Part shown: in pieces, positions 33,270-46,785 of the stretch
Layout of the letters: each line of letters starts with the position of its first letter
How positions within the stretch are numbered: the first letter of the stretch is position 1
Assembly (NCBI RefSeq): GCF_036365525.1
Contig: NC_090417.1
Span: 3,334,832 to 3,398,831, forward strand
Length of the DNA: 64,000 bases
DNA from: Heterodontus francisci
Lineage: Eukaryota
Direction of reading: 5' to 3'
The notes under the pieces: model-generated
What the model saw: only the letters and a program-made list of their open reading frames with translations
The model's database searches: none
Told to the model about the DNA's origin: nothing
Position numbers and translations under genes: made by a program

Positions 33270-33575
33270 ATCACAGCCAATGAAAAACCTGGCAACCAAG
33301 TTGTGCACAGCAAGCTCCCACAAACAGCAAAGAGATGATGACCCAGATTACCTGTTTGTCAGGGATAACGATTGACCAGGACACAGGGGGGAACTGCCCT
33401 GCTCTTCTGAATATTGCCGCCTGAGCGGGTAGACATTTCACCCGGAAGACGGCACCTCCGACAGTGCAGCACTCCTTCGGTCGTGCACTGGGAGGGTCAG
33501 CCTGCATTTTTTTCTGCTCTCGTCTTGGAGTGGGAGTTGACCTTCTAACTCAGGTGAGACTGCTACCGACTCAGG
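33270..33575 (-). mobile_element. Deu-domain-type SINE
   Basis: Reverse complement of the same core (ggcacctccgacagtgcagcactcc; gcacagcaagctcccacaaacagcaa). Confidence 0.75.
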
Positions 33576-34153
33576 CACGGTTGTAAAGCGCTTTTTTTGG
33601 GGGGGGAGGGTGGGAGGTCGAGGGGTGCTGGGTTCCTGAAAGGTGCTAAACAAATGCATGCCTTAGCAATATGAAGGGAGTTTGAAGGGAGAGTGGACTG
33701 AAAGGGTTAATGTTTTGTGGTTATGATAATGAACCAGAAGCTGTCTGAGTGTTGCAGCTCCTGGCGAGTGCTTCTGTTTGATATTCCATTTGCACGTTTG
33801 ATTTTCAAAGGGGAAGAGATCATTAAAAAAAAGGCCAGCGAAGCCAGTCTGTGTCCTATTTGATGTTTTGGCTTTTTGCATTATCTGGAAGCACCAAAGG
33901 AAGATGTTTTTAAAGAGAAATTGACCAGCTGGGGAAAAACTAGCAAAACTCCTGGGTCTCCGCTTGGCTGCCAGATTTGTTTGTGTTGGCTCTGGAGTAA
34001 CATTGGTGTGAAGTTAGCGGCACGAGGGACTGAAGACCTTGGATAGGAAAGCTCTCTCGGTGCCCGAGACATGCACAGTGGAGCATCTTCCATTCAGTGA
34101 TCTGCCCGAGTTGAATTGATGGGTTCCGCAATGTGCTTGAACTCAGGGTTTGA

Positions 34154-35566
34154 ATGGATGTGAATGGAGAGCTAAGGGGTCAGGGAAGGGACATGGGTGA
34201 GTTCCATGGTGTGTCGTTGGGTGCTGCGGTCAGATATTTGGAAGATCTGGTCAATGAGACTTGGTTCCAGGGGAAAGGTGAGGAGCGAGGGGAGGAGAGC
34301 TCCCAGTTAATGCTCAGGGTGGTCACCGGTTGTCTCCTCTTCCTCCTTATCCTCTCGACCTTGTTGGGAAACGCCCTGGTCAGTGCTGCGGTAATGAAGT
34401 TCCGCCACTTGAGATCGAAAGTCACCAACTTCTTTGTCATCTCTCTGGCAGTCTCCGATCTCTTCGTGGGTGTCTTGGTGATGCCTTGGAAAGCCCTGGC
34501 CGAGGTGGCCGGTTTCTGGCCCTTTGGAGCCTTCTGTGATGTTTGGGTCGCTTTCGACATCATGTGCTCCACAGCTTCCATCCTGAACTTGTGCATTATC
34601 AGTGTGGATAGGTACTGGGCAATTGCCAGCCCATTCCGTTACGAGAGCAAAATGACCCAACCAGTGGCGTTTGTCATGATTGGCGTGGCCTGGCTGTTGT
34701 CCATCTTAATTTCCTTCATCCCAGTGCAACTGAGTTGGCACAAGTCTGAGGACCGTTTCCTTCCAGACAACTCCACCACCAGTGAACCCATCCAAGGAGA
34801 CTGCGACTCAAGCTTAAATCGAACTTATGCCATTTCATCCTCACTGATCAGCTTCTACATTCCAGTAGCAATCATGATAGCTACCTACACCCGGATCTAC
34901 AGGATCGCCCAGCGACAGATAAGGCGGATTTCATCTTTGGAAAGAGCAGTCGAGCATGCTCAGAACTGTCAAGGTAATGACTGCACTCATGAAGCTTTGC
35001 TCAAAACATCTTTCAGAAAGGAAACCAAAGTCCTCAAGACTCTGTCCATCATCATGGGAGTCTTTGTCTTTTGCTGGTTGCCATTCTTTGTGCTGAATTG
35101 CCTGGTTCCCTTCTGTGACGGTGAGGCCCATCGCTCTGGAGGACTTCCATGCGTGAGCGAGACCACCTTTGATATCTTTGTGTGGTTCGGTTGGGCAAAT
35201 TCATCGCTCAATCCCATCATCTATGCTTTCAATGCCGACTTCAGAAGGGCCTTTACAACCATCCTTGGTTGCAACAAACTTTTCCCCAATAACAATGTGG
35301 AAGCTGTGAATCTTAGCAACGAGCTGGTGTCCTATCACCACGATACCACCTTTCAGAAAGATGTGATGACCCGGAGTCACCCCCATCTCCTGCCACATGT
35401 GCTCATGCAAGAAACGGATCATGATTTGACCTTTGACAAAGTTTCCCAGATCTCCCAAATTTCTCAGAACACTCCAAGCGTTTTGCCTGCTGTTGTTCAC
35501 GTGGATTGTGAGGCGGAAATCTCCCTGGACAAGATTCTGCCCTTCACCCCCAATGGGTTGGCATGA
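34154..35566 (+). CDS. DRD1C: D1-class dopamine receptor, intronless class A GPCR, most similar to D1C
   Basis: 470-aa ORF with 7 TM helices: [22 protein letters not shown]3 Asp in [21 protein letters not shown]5 serines [36 protein letters not shown]3 [12 protein letters not shown] and tail [24 protein letters not shown] match recalled Xenopus D1C rather than D1A/D5. D1 class is certain; the subtype is likely. The start could be ATG 34193 (better Kozak context). Confidence 0.9.
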   Translation: MDVNGELRGQGRDMGEFHGVSLGAAVRYLEDLVNETWFQGKGEERGEESSQLMLRVVTGCLLFLLILSTLLGNALVSAAVMKFRHLRSKVTNFFVISLAVSDLFVGVLVMPWKALAEVAGFWPFGAFCDVWVAFDIMCSTASILNLCIISVDRYWAIASPFRYESKMTQPVAFVMIGVAWLLSILISFIPVQLSWHKSEDRFLPDNSTTSEPIQGDCDSSLNRTYAISSSLISFYIPVAIMIATYTRIYRIAQRQIRRISSLERAVEHAQNCQGNDCTHEALLKTSFRKETKVLKTLSIIMGVFVFCWLPFFVLNCLVPFCDGEAHRSGGLPCVSETTFDIFVWFGWANSSLNPIIYAFNADFRRAFTTILGCNKLFPNNNVEAVNLSNELVSYHHDTTFQKDVMTRSHPHLLPHVLMQETDHDLTFDKVSQISQISQNTPSVLPAVVHVDCEAEISLDKILPFTPNGLA

Positions 35567-35734
35567 GATGCTGGCATGGAGAAAAGGAGACAATTGCCTT
35601 GGACTCGTTACTCCAACCAATCTGATGTCAGCCTTCACTTCTGCCGAAATACCTGAAACGAATGTCAAACAATCAGGATGAAAGAAAGCAACCTGGAGAC
35701 CACTGGTAAAAGCTGCCAGTATTATCTCGAATTA

Positions 35735-36200
35735 TAGAATCTCACATGACAGAAGGAGGCCATTCGGCCCATCGTGCCTGTACCATTTCTTGGAAAAAGT
35801 TAACCGATTAGTCCCACTCCCTGCTCTTTTCCCCATTGCCCGGGAAATTTCTACTTGCAGATATTTATCCAATTTCCCCTTTTTTTGAAAGTTAACATTG
35901 AACTGATTCCACTGCTCTTTCAGGCAATGCATTCCAGATCATAACTTGTTGCGTATATTTAAAAAAAAAACCCGCCTGATCCTATCTCTGGCTGTTTTGC
36001 CACTAGAAACTGGTTTGAATACTTATTAAATCTCTCTGAAGCTTCTAAAAAGAAAAATCCCATCTTCTTTAGTCTCTGCAGCTAACTGAAAGCCTGTATG
36101 CCTGGTACCATTCTAGTCAATCTCTTCTGCACTCTCTCCAAGACTTTGACATCCTTCCTGAAGTATGGTGCCCAGAACTGGACACACTCCTCCAGTAGGG
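35735..36200 (-). mobile_element. CR1 3' fragment just downstream of the DRD1C stop codon
   Basis: agaaggaggccattcggcccatcg tail; cctggtaccattctagtcaatctcttctgcactctctcc...ggtgcccagaactggacac. Confidence 0.75.
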
Positions 36201-36699
36201 GCGAACCAGTGAGTTCTATTTCTGGGATAAACTTTAGAGAAAATGTAAAAGAAACCACCTTTACAACAAAATGGCAAATGCAAGGTAGTTCTCCTGACCA
36301 GTTTCCTAGTCGAGTGTGGCATTGCGTGCACAGATCACAAGGTTCTGGGTACCGTTCCCACTCTGTGCTAAGTTAGCTGATTGCAGATACAATTAACCTC
36401 AAGAGGCCTGGGATGGGAAATTTGCCAGGATTGGCTGGAGAGTGTGTGGGGCCAGGATTGGGCTCTAAGATGATGGTTCCCAGAATCGAATAGCCTCGGG
36501 TACTTACTGTCCAGCCTCTTGTTGCTAGAGGGCGCTGGCACCCAGCAAGCGTGAAATAAAGACAAAGCACGAGACTGTGTTGCTTTTGATGATATAATAC
36601 TATGACGATTGGCTTTTTGCACAGAAAGAAAATCTTGAACATATTTTGTTCTATCTTGTCACTAATCAAGGTGTCATTTATTGCTTGAGAAGCTGTAGC

Positions 36700-36996
36700 T
36701 TGCTAGAGGGCAGAGGGCAATTAAGAGATAACTGCATTGCTGTGGGTCTGGAGTCACACGGAGGCCAGACCGGATAAGGAGGACAGATTTCCTTCCCTCC
36801 AGGACATTAGTGAACCAGATAGGTTTTTTACAACAATCCAGTCGTTTCATGGTCACTGTGACTGATACTAGCTTCTAATGTCAGCTTTATTTAATTGACT
36901 GAATTTTAACTCCCCAGGCAAGATTTGAACTCGCGGCTCCAGATAATCCAGGGTCTCTGGATTACGAATCCAGGAACATAACTATTATGCCACCCT
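36700..36996 (-). mobile_element. tRNA-derived SINE (second family)
   Basis: The minus strand starts GGTGGCATAATAG (A-box-like) and contains GAGTTCAAATC (B-box). Confidence 0.65.
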
Positions 36997-39900
36997 TCCC
37001 GAGCAGTTTGCTCTGCTTTAAGTAGATTTGTTGAGGAGTTGTGGAACTAATTGATTTGTGGTTCAAGGAATGGAGGTTATAATGGAATTTGCAGTTTTGA
37101 TCATCAACAAATCAGGTCTGCTCTTTGGAAACTGAGCAGAAAAAAGAGGCTAGCCAAACTGTGTAATTACATTTTGTTGCTACATTGATTTCAAACCCAG
37201 CAGCCTGGTCACACTAACCTGACTGCAAATCAGCCTGCAGAAGTCTGTTCAAGTCATTTTCTGCAGAGTTTATGACTTGACCACTGGAAGCTGATCCCTG
37301 CTGAGGGAGTAACTGGGTTCCGTTAGTCGTTTATTGACGTGTCTCAGTCCCCTGTGAAATTTGTCCATGTCTATGTTGTGTTGTATCTTCTCGTCTAAAA
37401 ATAAAACATGTTAAGTTGAGCAGACATGTTCATTGTTTCCTTTGATTAAAAGACCAGGACAAATATTTGTCCAAAACATTCCTTTGGTAAAGTCTCTGAG
37501 CTCATTGAATGAAAGGGGTACAAAGTGAGTGGGTGCAGTACTGAGGGTGGCAGGATATAAAGATCCCAGGTTCAATACTTGTTCTGTGCTGAATTGTTTC
37601 ACTGGAGCTCGGAGACAGATAGGAGCCAGAAATAGAGGTGGAAGGAGAATAAGCCAGGGTTCCTGCCAATGATGGGCATCTATTGACCTGTGTATGGAAA
37701 CGTGGGTCTGCCAAGACTTGGTGTGAGGGGCACGATTGGGCTCAGCTGTGATGCTTCCCACAGTCGAATAGCTTCGTGACAACTGAAGAATGATGACTGA
37801 ATGCGATGCTGGGGATTGAATTGTGTTATGATCTGCGTTCTTTTCCATGAGACTCAAAGTAATAAGCAGTGCGTCTGGGGGACATGAAGAAACCCTTTAT
37901 CTTCTGTACGCATTTCCATCTAATATCTGTTTGCTTCAAACACTTGCTGCCTGGAGGAGGCGGTCTGATTGATGACGGGAGCCAATCAGTACAAACCAGT
38001 GCAAACCTACCCTCCAACATTCACCATTTGACAATATTTGAATTTTCTGATGTGGGATGGTCAGGACCTAGGGCGGTGGGTTATAGGGGAGGATGTTTAT
38101 TCTCGATCTAGTGCCAGGAATCTGGTTTCTACACCTACTGTAAAGGAATATTATTTGTATAAGTGTCTTTTTGTCCAGAGTACAACTTACCCAGTCACTC
38201 ATTTCCACCCCGTGATTAGACGTAGCATTCAACTCCCCAGTGTTGTAAATATTCAGAAACCAGCACTATTCCAAACACAGCTAATAAACAGGAAATAAGT
38301 TTCGGCGTGGGGGCGGGGGGGGGGGGGGGGGAGGAACACTTTTTCAATAGTTTTTAAAATGACGTAGTTGGTGAGCAAATCTTACAATGTCCATCTTTAC
38401 AACACGTTATCAGCTCTCCAATCCATTTAGCTTTGCATGCCATCAATTGTTTTTTTTTATAAAAGAGACTGATGTCATGAATTTGTTTTTAACCCACAAG
38501 AAGATTCCAGAAGCCTGCAATGGTGAAGGTTTCTGCCCCATTCACTTAACGTTTGAATGCACCTTACTTCCATGTATAGCCCATCAACTTGGAAATTAAC
38601 TTTGAAACTGACCTAAATGTAATGTCAGAAATTTGGAGGGAATTAACAAGACGGATATAGACAATGTTGACTGTGGTGTTAGGTTCAAGTACTTGGTGTC
38701 AAATTTTACATTTTCCAAGTTGAAATTTACCCCAAGCTTGTGGGCAAGATTACAGGCACAGTAAAGTGGCTAGTCTGTTTAAAGAGAATCATCTTTTGCT
38801 CTCTGCTGACGTTGGATTCATGTCCCGTGCACTGGAAAATAGCAACTGCTGGGACTGCTCAATAAAGATAAAGGAGGAAACGTCTGTTGTGTTTGTTTTT
38901 CTGTTTTTGTACAGAAGCCACGTGCTGTGTTTGAGTAGGAGTTTAGTGTCAGGGGTGGTTTTATGTCTGTATAGATGGGGCATTCGTTCTGAGCCCAACG
39001 CAATGGCTGAATTTATACTGTGTTTCAGTTTTCGGTTATTTACTGAGTTTATTTGCTCCTGCTTCTCCAAAGTGTAGTTTGACACAGGCTGACAGCATTG
39101 TGAGTCCTCAGCCCCTAGCAGCCATTGTTGCTACCTGACCCAAAAAGAGCTATTGTACATGGGGCAGTGCACATATTCAGGCAGATCAGGAGCAGGGAGC
39201 CTGCATGATTTTTCTCCCCCCTGCCCAGTCATCAGTTTAAAAGATCTCTGGCCCCTCTCCCATCCCTCTGTCCATTCACCCCCACCATTGACAGCTGTGA
39301 CTGCAGATGTCCAGACCCTAAGTCTGGAATTCTCTCCCGAAATGGCTCCCTGTCTCTGTCTCTGTCTGTCTCCCTGTCTCTGTCTCTGTCTGTCTCCCTG
39401 TCTCTCCTCTTTTTAAAAACCTATTTTTTGACAGTTTTTGGTTGCCTGTACTAATGTTTGTTTGTTTCTTTGATGTCTTTCATCTGATTATTTCTCTGTG
39501 GGATGTTTTACTCCATTTAAGGTGCTATATAAGTGGTAGTGCTTGTATATGATAACATAACAGCAACATTAATCCATATCTACAAGAGAGTACAAAAGAA
39601 ATGGACCCCGTGCACATTGATCCAGGTGAAGCAGTAAAATGATTGACTGAATGATGAGCTATGATTGTCTGCCAGCAAATACCAGAGACCTGAAACATTC
39701 CATTATGAACTCTAATCACCCCAATTTGCCACATCCATTCATTACTGGGAGAGCTCTCTTTCCAATTCTTCCATTTACCAATCCAATATTGGCACTGGAT
39801 TGTTCCAGTGTAATGGAGCAAGCATTTACATGAATGGACAGCTATAATACTGTGGTTACACAGTGGTTGTAAAAGGAGTGCAGTGTGAATAGAGTGTCAA

Positions 39901-40389
39901 AGTTGGGAATTTGGTGAGAGTGGGAATTCGGTGTAGATGACAAGGTTGCCTTTTGCCTCCAATACCTGTAGTGGTTTGACTTGGCTTGAGACAATAAGTA
40001 TTTAAAATGTTTGTCCAGTGCGTTAGTGTTCAGGAAAAAAACCTAACTTACTAAAAGGTTGATGTAAATAATGTAAATAATCTAGACCAAGACCCAACCC
40101 TATTCTGCCATATCTCTGGACTGTTGTATGTGGGAGTTTGTGAACAGTGAGAATGTCCCAAGCAATAGCTATCTTCTTCTCCAATCTCTCTGGCTCTGAC
40201 TCATTGAACTGGAGACACTCTGACACAAGAGGTATATCTAGACAGTTTACTTTGGACTTGGGGCACACTTTGGAGAGATGTCCAGGCTCAGAACTGGCTT
40301 GGTGTGGTCAAGAGTGCACAGAATATAGGGAATCCGGGTGAGATAGAAAGGATCTGCAGAAACAGACCTTATCCAAAAGGATTCAATAA

Positions 40390-40860
40390 CAATGGGGTCC
40401 GATTGCATCCTTTGTGAGCAGGATCGAAAGTCCCACATGGTATGGTGCTAGGGTGAGGGACACCTCCTAAGTGGCTTGAAAGAATGTTGGAGAGGGAGGG
40501 GGGTAGGATCCAGTCACTGTTATCCAGATTGGGACCAACAACATTGGGAAGAATAGGCAAGAGGTCCTGTTTGGAGAGTACCAGGAACTAGGAGTTAAAT
40601 TAAAGAACAGGACCTCAAGGGTTATAATCTCTGGATCATTACACGAGCCACATGCATGTTGGAACAAGGATAAGAATATTAGGGAGGTAAACATGTGGCT
40701 GGAGGAGTGGTGTAGGAAAGAGGGGTTCCATTTCATGGGGCACTGGCAGCAGTATTGGGGCAGGAAGAAACTGTACTGTGGGACATGCTCCATCTGAACC
40801 GGGCTGGGACGAGAGTCTTGGCGGAAAGGATAAAGTGGACAGTCGTAGGACTTTAAACCT
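40390..40860 (+). mobile_element. CR1 ORF1 remnant (SGNH/GDSL esterase-like domain)
   Basis: Reads DPVTVIQIGTNNIGKNRQEVLFGEYQELGVKLKNRTSRVIISGSL...REVNMWLEEWCRKEGFHFMGHWQQYWGRKKLY-(frameshift)-DMLHLNRAGTRVLAERI; GTNN and DxxH blocks as in CR1 ORF1 esterases. Confidence 0.8.
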
Positions 40861-42110
40861 GTAAATGAAGGCGGGGGGTGGAATGGACGAGAGTCTCAGG
40901 TGGAAAGGGTAGCAGAAATAAAAGTTCTAAAACAAACGAAAGTGGCAAGATCAGAGTAATAGTCTGAAATTGTGTTTAGGTACTCTGGGTAAAGGGAAAA
41001 GTAAAAGATGTAATTGAACCGGGAGAGAGAACTAAGAAAGGTGTGAGTAAAACACTAGAGTGGAAGCACATGTTAGAGTGTGAAATGTATTCATATTTCC
41101 ACAGCACTTTCTTCACACTCATGGGGAGACTGACCAGGGGCTCCTGTTTTTGGAGAGACAGCCAGCAGTTTGTGGTGATTCACCACTCACGGCTTATGCC
41201 ATCCTCGCTCCAGATTGCTGGGTTTTTCACACACCGGTAATGATGGTGCTGCAAACTTGCCATTCCCTTCAGCAATTTCTGGCCCGAGCTGACAGCCAGG
41301 GATTGGTCAACTATCATTTCAATTCTTCCTACACTAAACCAGCCCATTCCAGTCATTTCAAAAACAAAATCACTCTCTGCCTGGCTCCCCACTTGAATCT
41401 CCCCAATTCCGAATTCTCCAGCAGCTTCATTCAATAAAATCCATTTCTTTAAAAGTTTCACAGACAAGTGTTTGTGTGTGTTACAGAACGAGGAGATGTA
41501 ACAATCAAGTCATATAAACCAGTAACTGCTCACTATCATCAATGAGAATATGACTCCAAGCTCCTCTCCCTCCAAAAGAAAATGCATTTTCTTTTAAATC
41601 TAATCCTGAGGACAGAGACCTTTTAAAGTAACCAGTGTGTAAGCAGGATGTGGAGACAGTGGCTGTATTCATCGTGTCAGAGGGGGCTGTGCACTTAATG
41701 TCCTTAAATTACACATTCATTGTGTCAACTTGGAACAGTGCAATTACCAGCCTGCGTGAATCACAGATGGGAATGACCATTACCTAATGTGGAGAATTCG
41801 CAGTAAAGCCAAGAATTCAAGCTTCTCTCCCCAGGTTTCTATTTTAAATCATGATCTTTAGACCTAATGAAAAACATCATTAAGCCATGGCAGGAATACA
41901 GTCAACTTGACTTCTCCAAATTCTTCTGCACAGCTTCTGTTCCTAAGTCCAGTAAGGTAAGGTGCCAATACCAAGAAATAGGTCCGAAGAATTTCTCACT
42001 GTCCACTGTATCGAAACGCCTCATAATGTTGAACAGCTCAATTTAAATCTTCCCTTAACCACCTCTACTCAAAGGAGAGCAATCCAAGTTTTGCCTTCTC
42101 TTCACATAAC

Positions 42111-42300
42111 TGATACAAGGCTATGGGGAGGGAGCATGGCAGCAGGATTAGTTTGGGATTGATACAGGGCTATGGGGAGGGAGCATGGCAGCAGGATTAG
42201 TTTGGGATTGATAACAGGGTATGGGAAGAGAGTGGGCAGTGGGATTAGTTTGGGATTGATACAGGGCTATGGAGCGAGCGGGGCAGTGAGATGGGATTGG
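42111..42300. repeat. ~49-bp tandem repeat (about 4 units), probably amplified from a CR1 3' segment
   Basis: TGATACA(A/G)GGCTATGGGGAGGGAGCATGGCAGCAGGATTAGTTTGGGAT x2 plus two diverged units. Confidence 0.8.
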
Positions 42301-42309
42301 TTTTCACGT

Positions 42310-42615
42310 ATAGAGAGTGGCGAGGGTTGTAGGACTGGAGGAGGTTACTGGTCTAGGGTGGGATGAGGCCAGGATGGGATTTGAAGAGGAGGATGAGAAT
42401 TTGAAAGTGCTGTGTTGGTGACCCAGGAGCTCAGTGAGCACAGGGGTGATGGGTGAATGGGACTTGACGCGAGTTAGGACACAGACAGTTGAGTTTTGGA
42501 TATTTATGGTAGGTGGACCGGCCAGGAGAGTGTTGGAATAGTTGAGTCCAGAGCTAACAATAGCATGGATGAGTGTTTCAGAAGCAGATGGGCTGAGGTT
42601 GGGGAGGAGAGGCAC
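42310..42615 (-). mobile_element. L2-like LINE fragment
   Basis: ETLIHAIVSSGLNYSNTLLAG...IQNSTVCVLTRVKSHSPITPVL. Confidence 0.75.
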
Positions 42616-44287
42616 ACAGTGCTGTGAAACTGTATCCTAGCATGTGTCAACAGGAGTGGAGAACACTGGGGTGAGCAACAATATTAGCTAGTATTGACCA
42701 TGACAGCAATCTTCAAACATTCTAGAGCTCTTCACAAGTGCAATATGCAACACAGAAGGAAAATGAATCAAAGGCCTGTTTGTCATGCATGCTACTTGCT
42801 CCTGCCGAACAATCTTCTCCTTTAATCAAGCTGTCTGATGTTGGTGTGACTGATCAGGAATGTTTTATGTGGCTCTCAGCTGAGGACCTTTTACTCTGAA
42901 AAGGCTTCCTGCTGCAAGGAGCAACTCCGGAGACATGAAAGCAGAGCATCAGGACAGACTGCCAGCCACTTCAACCAAAAGCATCGAAGCCAGACCAAGG
43001 ACGAGTATTTCTACTCATTATCTTTATTGAAGCTGAACAAAAGCTCACGTGACATAACCCTCCTCAGGACACTCCCATACCTTTTGCTGCCAATTATGTA
43101 TATTTGAAGTGTAGTCATTGCTGTAATGTAGGAAATCCAGCAGCCAATTTGCACACGGCAAGTTTCCAGAAACAGAAATCCCCAGATCATCTGTTTGAGC
43201 GATATTGACTGAGGGCTCTGGATTACCCTCCCTACGCCTTTCCACCTCACTTTCCCCCTTTAGGACACTCCTTAAAACCTACCTCTTTGACCAAGCTTAT
43301 AGTCATCTGACCTAATATCTCCTTATGTGACTCGGGGTGAGACTTTGTTTTATAATGCTCCTGTGAAGCACATTGGGATGTTCTATTTAGATAGCTCCTT
43401 TCACTTACTGAAAGTTGTTGTTGGTAAATATTGGCCCAGGACACTGGGGAGAACTCTATTGCTCATCTTTGATAGGATGACATGGGATAAATACAGTGAA
43501 GCTCCACTAGTTCCATTGCCTTGGGAGTGTTCTTTGGGACAGGGTAGATTGACCTAAAGCATGTATTGTTCAGGGAGGAGCTTTGTTTGAAGCAAACTAT
43601 TGCTTATTGCTTCCTCTTCACTTTACAATTTGAATGGTAATGCCCCAAAGACACTCCAATTCAATCAGTTTGCTCAGTGTCACCTTGAATACCCAGACAA
43701 TTCTGAACAATGTTTACTTGACGCTGTTGCTGTGGTGTTGGAAGGCCAGCTAAATTAACCCATAGTTTCCCTGTTTCCCAGTCAGCAGAATGCTGTAGGC
43801 TGCAGCAGGAAGATAACAATGGACTGTTTAGGTGGGTAGAACGGTGTTAAACAGAATTTAATCCGGAGAAGTGGGAGGTAATGTATTTAGGGAGGGCAAG
43901 CATAGCAAGGGAATACACAATAACTGGTAGGTGTCTGAGATCTGTAGCGGAACAGAGGGACGGACCTTGGAGTGCATGTCCACAGATCCCAGAAGGTCTG
44001 ACTATTGTGGGGTCTATAGTATATTCCCAGCAGTGTGATCATCCCATTTTCTTCCTCAGTTCAACCCATATGGCCTCATTGATGATCCTTCTAGCATATC
44101 ATCCCTCCTCACAGCTGGAATTGTTTCTTAAAGCAATATTGTTTCCCCCTTCCTTTTTATTCCCTGTCTGTCCTGCCTGATGTTAAGCTGATTTTCCAGC
44201 CCTCCTTTTAAGCTATGTTTCAGTAATAGCTATGAAATCATATTTCAAAGTGTATACCAGTGCCTTCAGCTCATTAACACCTCGTCA

Positions 44288-45165
44288 TAGAGTCATTACC
44301 ATACAGAAGGAGGCCATTTGGCCCATCGAGTCCACGCTGGCTCTCTATATAGCAATCCAGTCAGTCCCATTCCCCCGCTCTATCCCCGTAGTCCTGCCAG
44401 TTTATTTCCCTAAAGTGCCCATCCAATTTCCTTTTGAAATGATTCATCGTCTCTGCTTCCACCAGGTCATTACCACTCACTGTGTAAAAAAAAATTCTAC
44501 CTCACATCCTCCCTGCATCTTTTGCCCAAGTATGGACCTCGTAACATCAGCTATTGGGAGCAGCTTTTCTTTGTCTACCTTACCGAAAGCTGTCATAATC
44601 TTGTACACCTCTATGAAATCTCCCCTCAATCTCCTTTGCTCCCCAGTTCTCCACCTAACCTTGTCGCTAAATTGCCCCATCCCTGGAACCATTCTGGTAA
44701 ATCTCCTCTGCACCCTCTCCAAGGACCCTCACATCCTTCCTGAAATGTGGTGACCAGAATTGGACACAGTACTCCAGTTGGGACCTAACCAGAGCTTTAT
44801 AAAGGTTCAGCATATCTTCCCTGCTTTTGTACTCAATGCCTCTATTTATGAAGCCCAAGATCCTATATGCTTTACCAACCACTCTCTCAATATATCCTGC
44901 CATCTTCAAAGATCAGTGCACATGCACCCTCAGGTCCCTCTGTTCCTGCACACTTTTTAGAACTGTGCCATTAAGTATATATTTTCTCTCGTTATTCCTT
45001 CTATCAAAATTCATCGCCTCACACTTATCAGTATGAAATTCTATCGGCAACCTTTCTGCCCATTCTGCTGGACTATCCATGTATCGTTGCAGGTAGTTCA
45101 AACCATCCTCACTGTTTGCATACTGCTAAGTTTGGTATCATTGGCAAATTTTGAAATGTTACTAT
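44288..45165 (-). mobile_element. CR1 LINE 3' fragment
   Basis: KAYRILGFINRGIEYKSREDMLNLYKALVRSQLEYCVQFWSPHFRKD; ERVQRRFTRMVPGM. Confidence 0.9.
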
Positions 45166-45669
45166 ATATTCTGAATAAAAGTTATTTTTTTATATGTGGG
45201 GGGATATATATTCCAGGAGATGATTGTGGAAATCACTCCTACTGCTTTCTGTCATTAGCAATGCTGAGGTTGAGATGTAATCAGACAATAATATTGAAAG
45301 CCTGAGAAGCTTCACTAGAGCAGGAAGCTGATTGCAGTGGTTGAATAGATTGCACTTCGAGACACTTCATTCCTTTTGCATTGAACAAAGATCATCTGCA
45401 TCCCTGAAACAATCAGTCTGCTCGACACATGAGTGGACTCCATAGATTAACATGCAATGAGGCCTGGGTGAAAGTTAAACAACAGACTGAGGTGAACAGT
45501 TGCTTGCAAACCAACATCAAGATATAGCGAGTCTCTGTCTTGATGTAGTATTTGGGTGTGTATATCTCTCTATATTTATTTAAGTACTTTTAGATTTGCA
45601 TCTTCTAACATTTTGAGATGCAGTATATGAGTAATTTTCAGACATGACTTGAGTGTTGCTTGCTTGGGA

Positions 45670-45895
45670 GGAACAACAACAACTTCTATTTATATAGAGC
45701 CTTCAATGTAATAAAATGTCTCAAGGCGCCTTACAGGAACATCATAAAACAGAGTATGATACTATGGAGGGATTTGAAAACAAGGATGACAGTTTTAAAA
45801 TCCAGATGTTGCTTGACTGGGAGTAGGTCAGTGATAGGGGAACGAGACTTGGTGTGAGTTAAGACATGGGCAGCAGAGTTTTGGATGACCTGAAG
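45670..45895 (-). mobile_element. L2-like LINE 3' fragment, internally deleted
   Basis: [22 protein letters not shown] plus the tatataaat tail. Confidence 0.7.
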
Positions 45896-46464
45896 TGTCT
45901 TTGGACCTGTGGTTCCCAACACACTGAACTACTTGTCTCCTGTCCTGGGTCTGTTGTAAATTGATTGATCAAGGTCAATCACTATGAATAGTGAGATCAT
46001 GTATCTCTCAACTACCAGCTTGGTTCTTGGTCTTTTGTTGTCCAGTAACTCCTATATTCCCATTTCTACACCTCACAGATGGCCACTAACTGAACAAATT
46101 TCAGGTGAGATTTCTAGCTGGCACTAACTTGTGTCGAATACACACAATCAATTAGAACCAGCATGTTGTATCTGTCAAGTGGGCCACACAAAAAAGTATG
46201 AGAGAGTGACTTGGAACCCATTAGTCTAATATGCGTTGTGGGGAAGTTACTAGAATCTGTTAGTAGAGACAGAGTAACTGAGCACTTGGACAAATATGAA
46301 CTAATCAGAGAGGGCCAGCATGGATTTGTAAAGGGTAAGCCATGTCTAACTACGTTGAATTTATTGAGGAGATAACTCACGTGGTAGATAAGGGAATGTA
46401 AATGGATATCATTGAATTGACTTCCAGAAGGCATTTATAAGGTTATACATGAGAAAAAAACACA

Positions 46465-46785
46465 TTGCTTTTCGAAAGTGCCTTTCGTGTCCAAAGGATG
46501 TCCCAAAGATCTTTACAGGTCAATGAAGTACTTTTTGAAGTGCAATCACGGTTGTAATTTGTACACAGCAAGCTCCCACAAGTGATAATGCCCAGGTCAT
46601 GTTTTTAGTCGTGTTAGTTAAAGGATAAATATTAGCCAGGACATTGGGGTGAACTTCTCTTCCCTTTTTCAAATCGTACCAGGAGATCTTTTACATTCAC
46701 CTGAGAGGGCAGATGGAGCCTCGGTTTTAATATTTAATTGGAAAGATGGCACCTCCAACAGTGCAGCACTCCCTCAGTACTGGGT
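46465..46785 (-). mobile_element. Deu-domain-type SINE
   Basis: ggcacctccaacagtgcagcactccctcagtact; acagcaagctcccaca. Confidence 0.75.

Noticed and set aside
34180-35668. Antisense and alternate-frame ORFs over DRD1C
   Set aside because: Shadow ORFs of a real coding sequence with no recognisable domains.
41205-41290. Small inverted repeat (cagattgctg / cagcaatttctgg) as a MITE
   Set aside because: The match is short and imperfect and no TSD could be identified.
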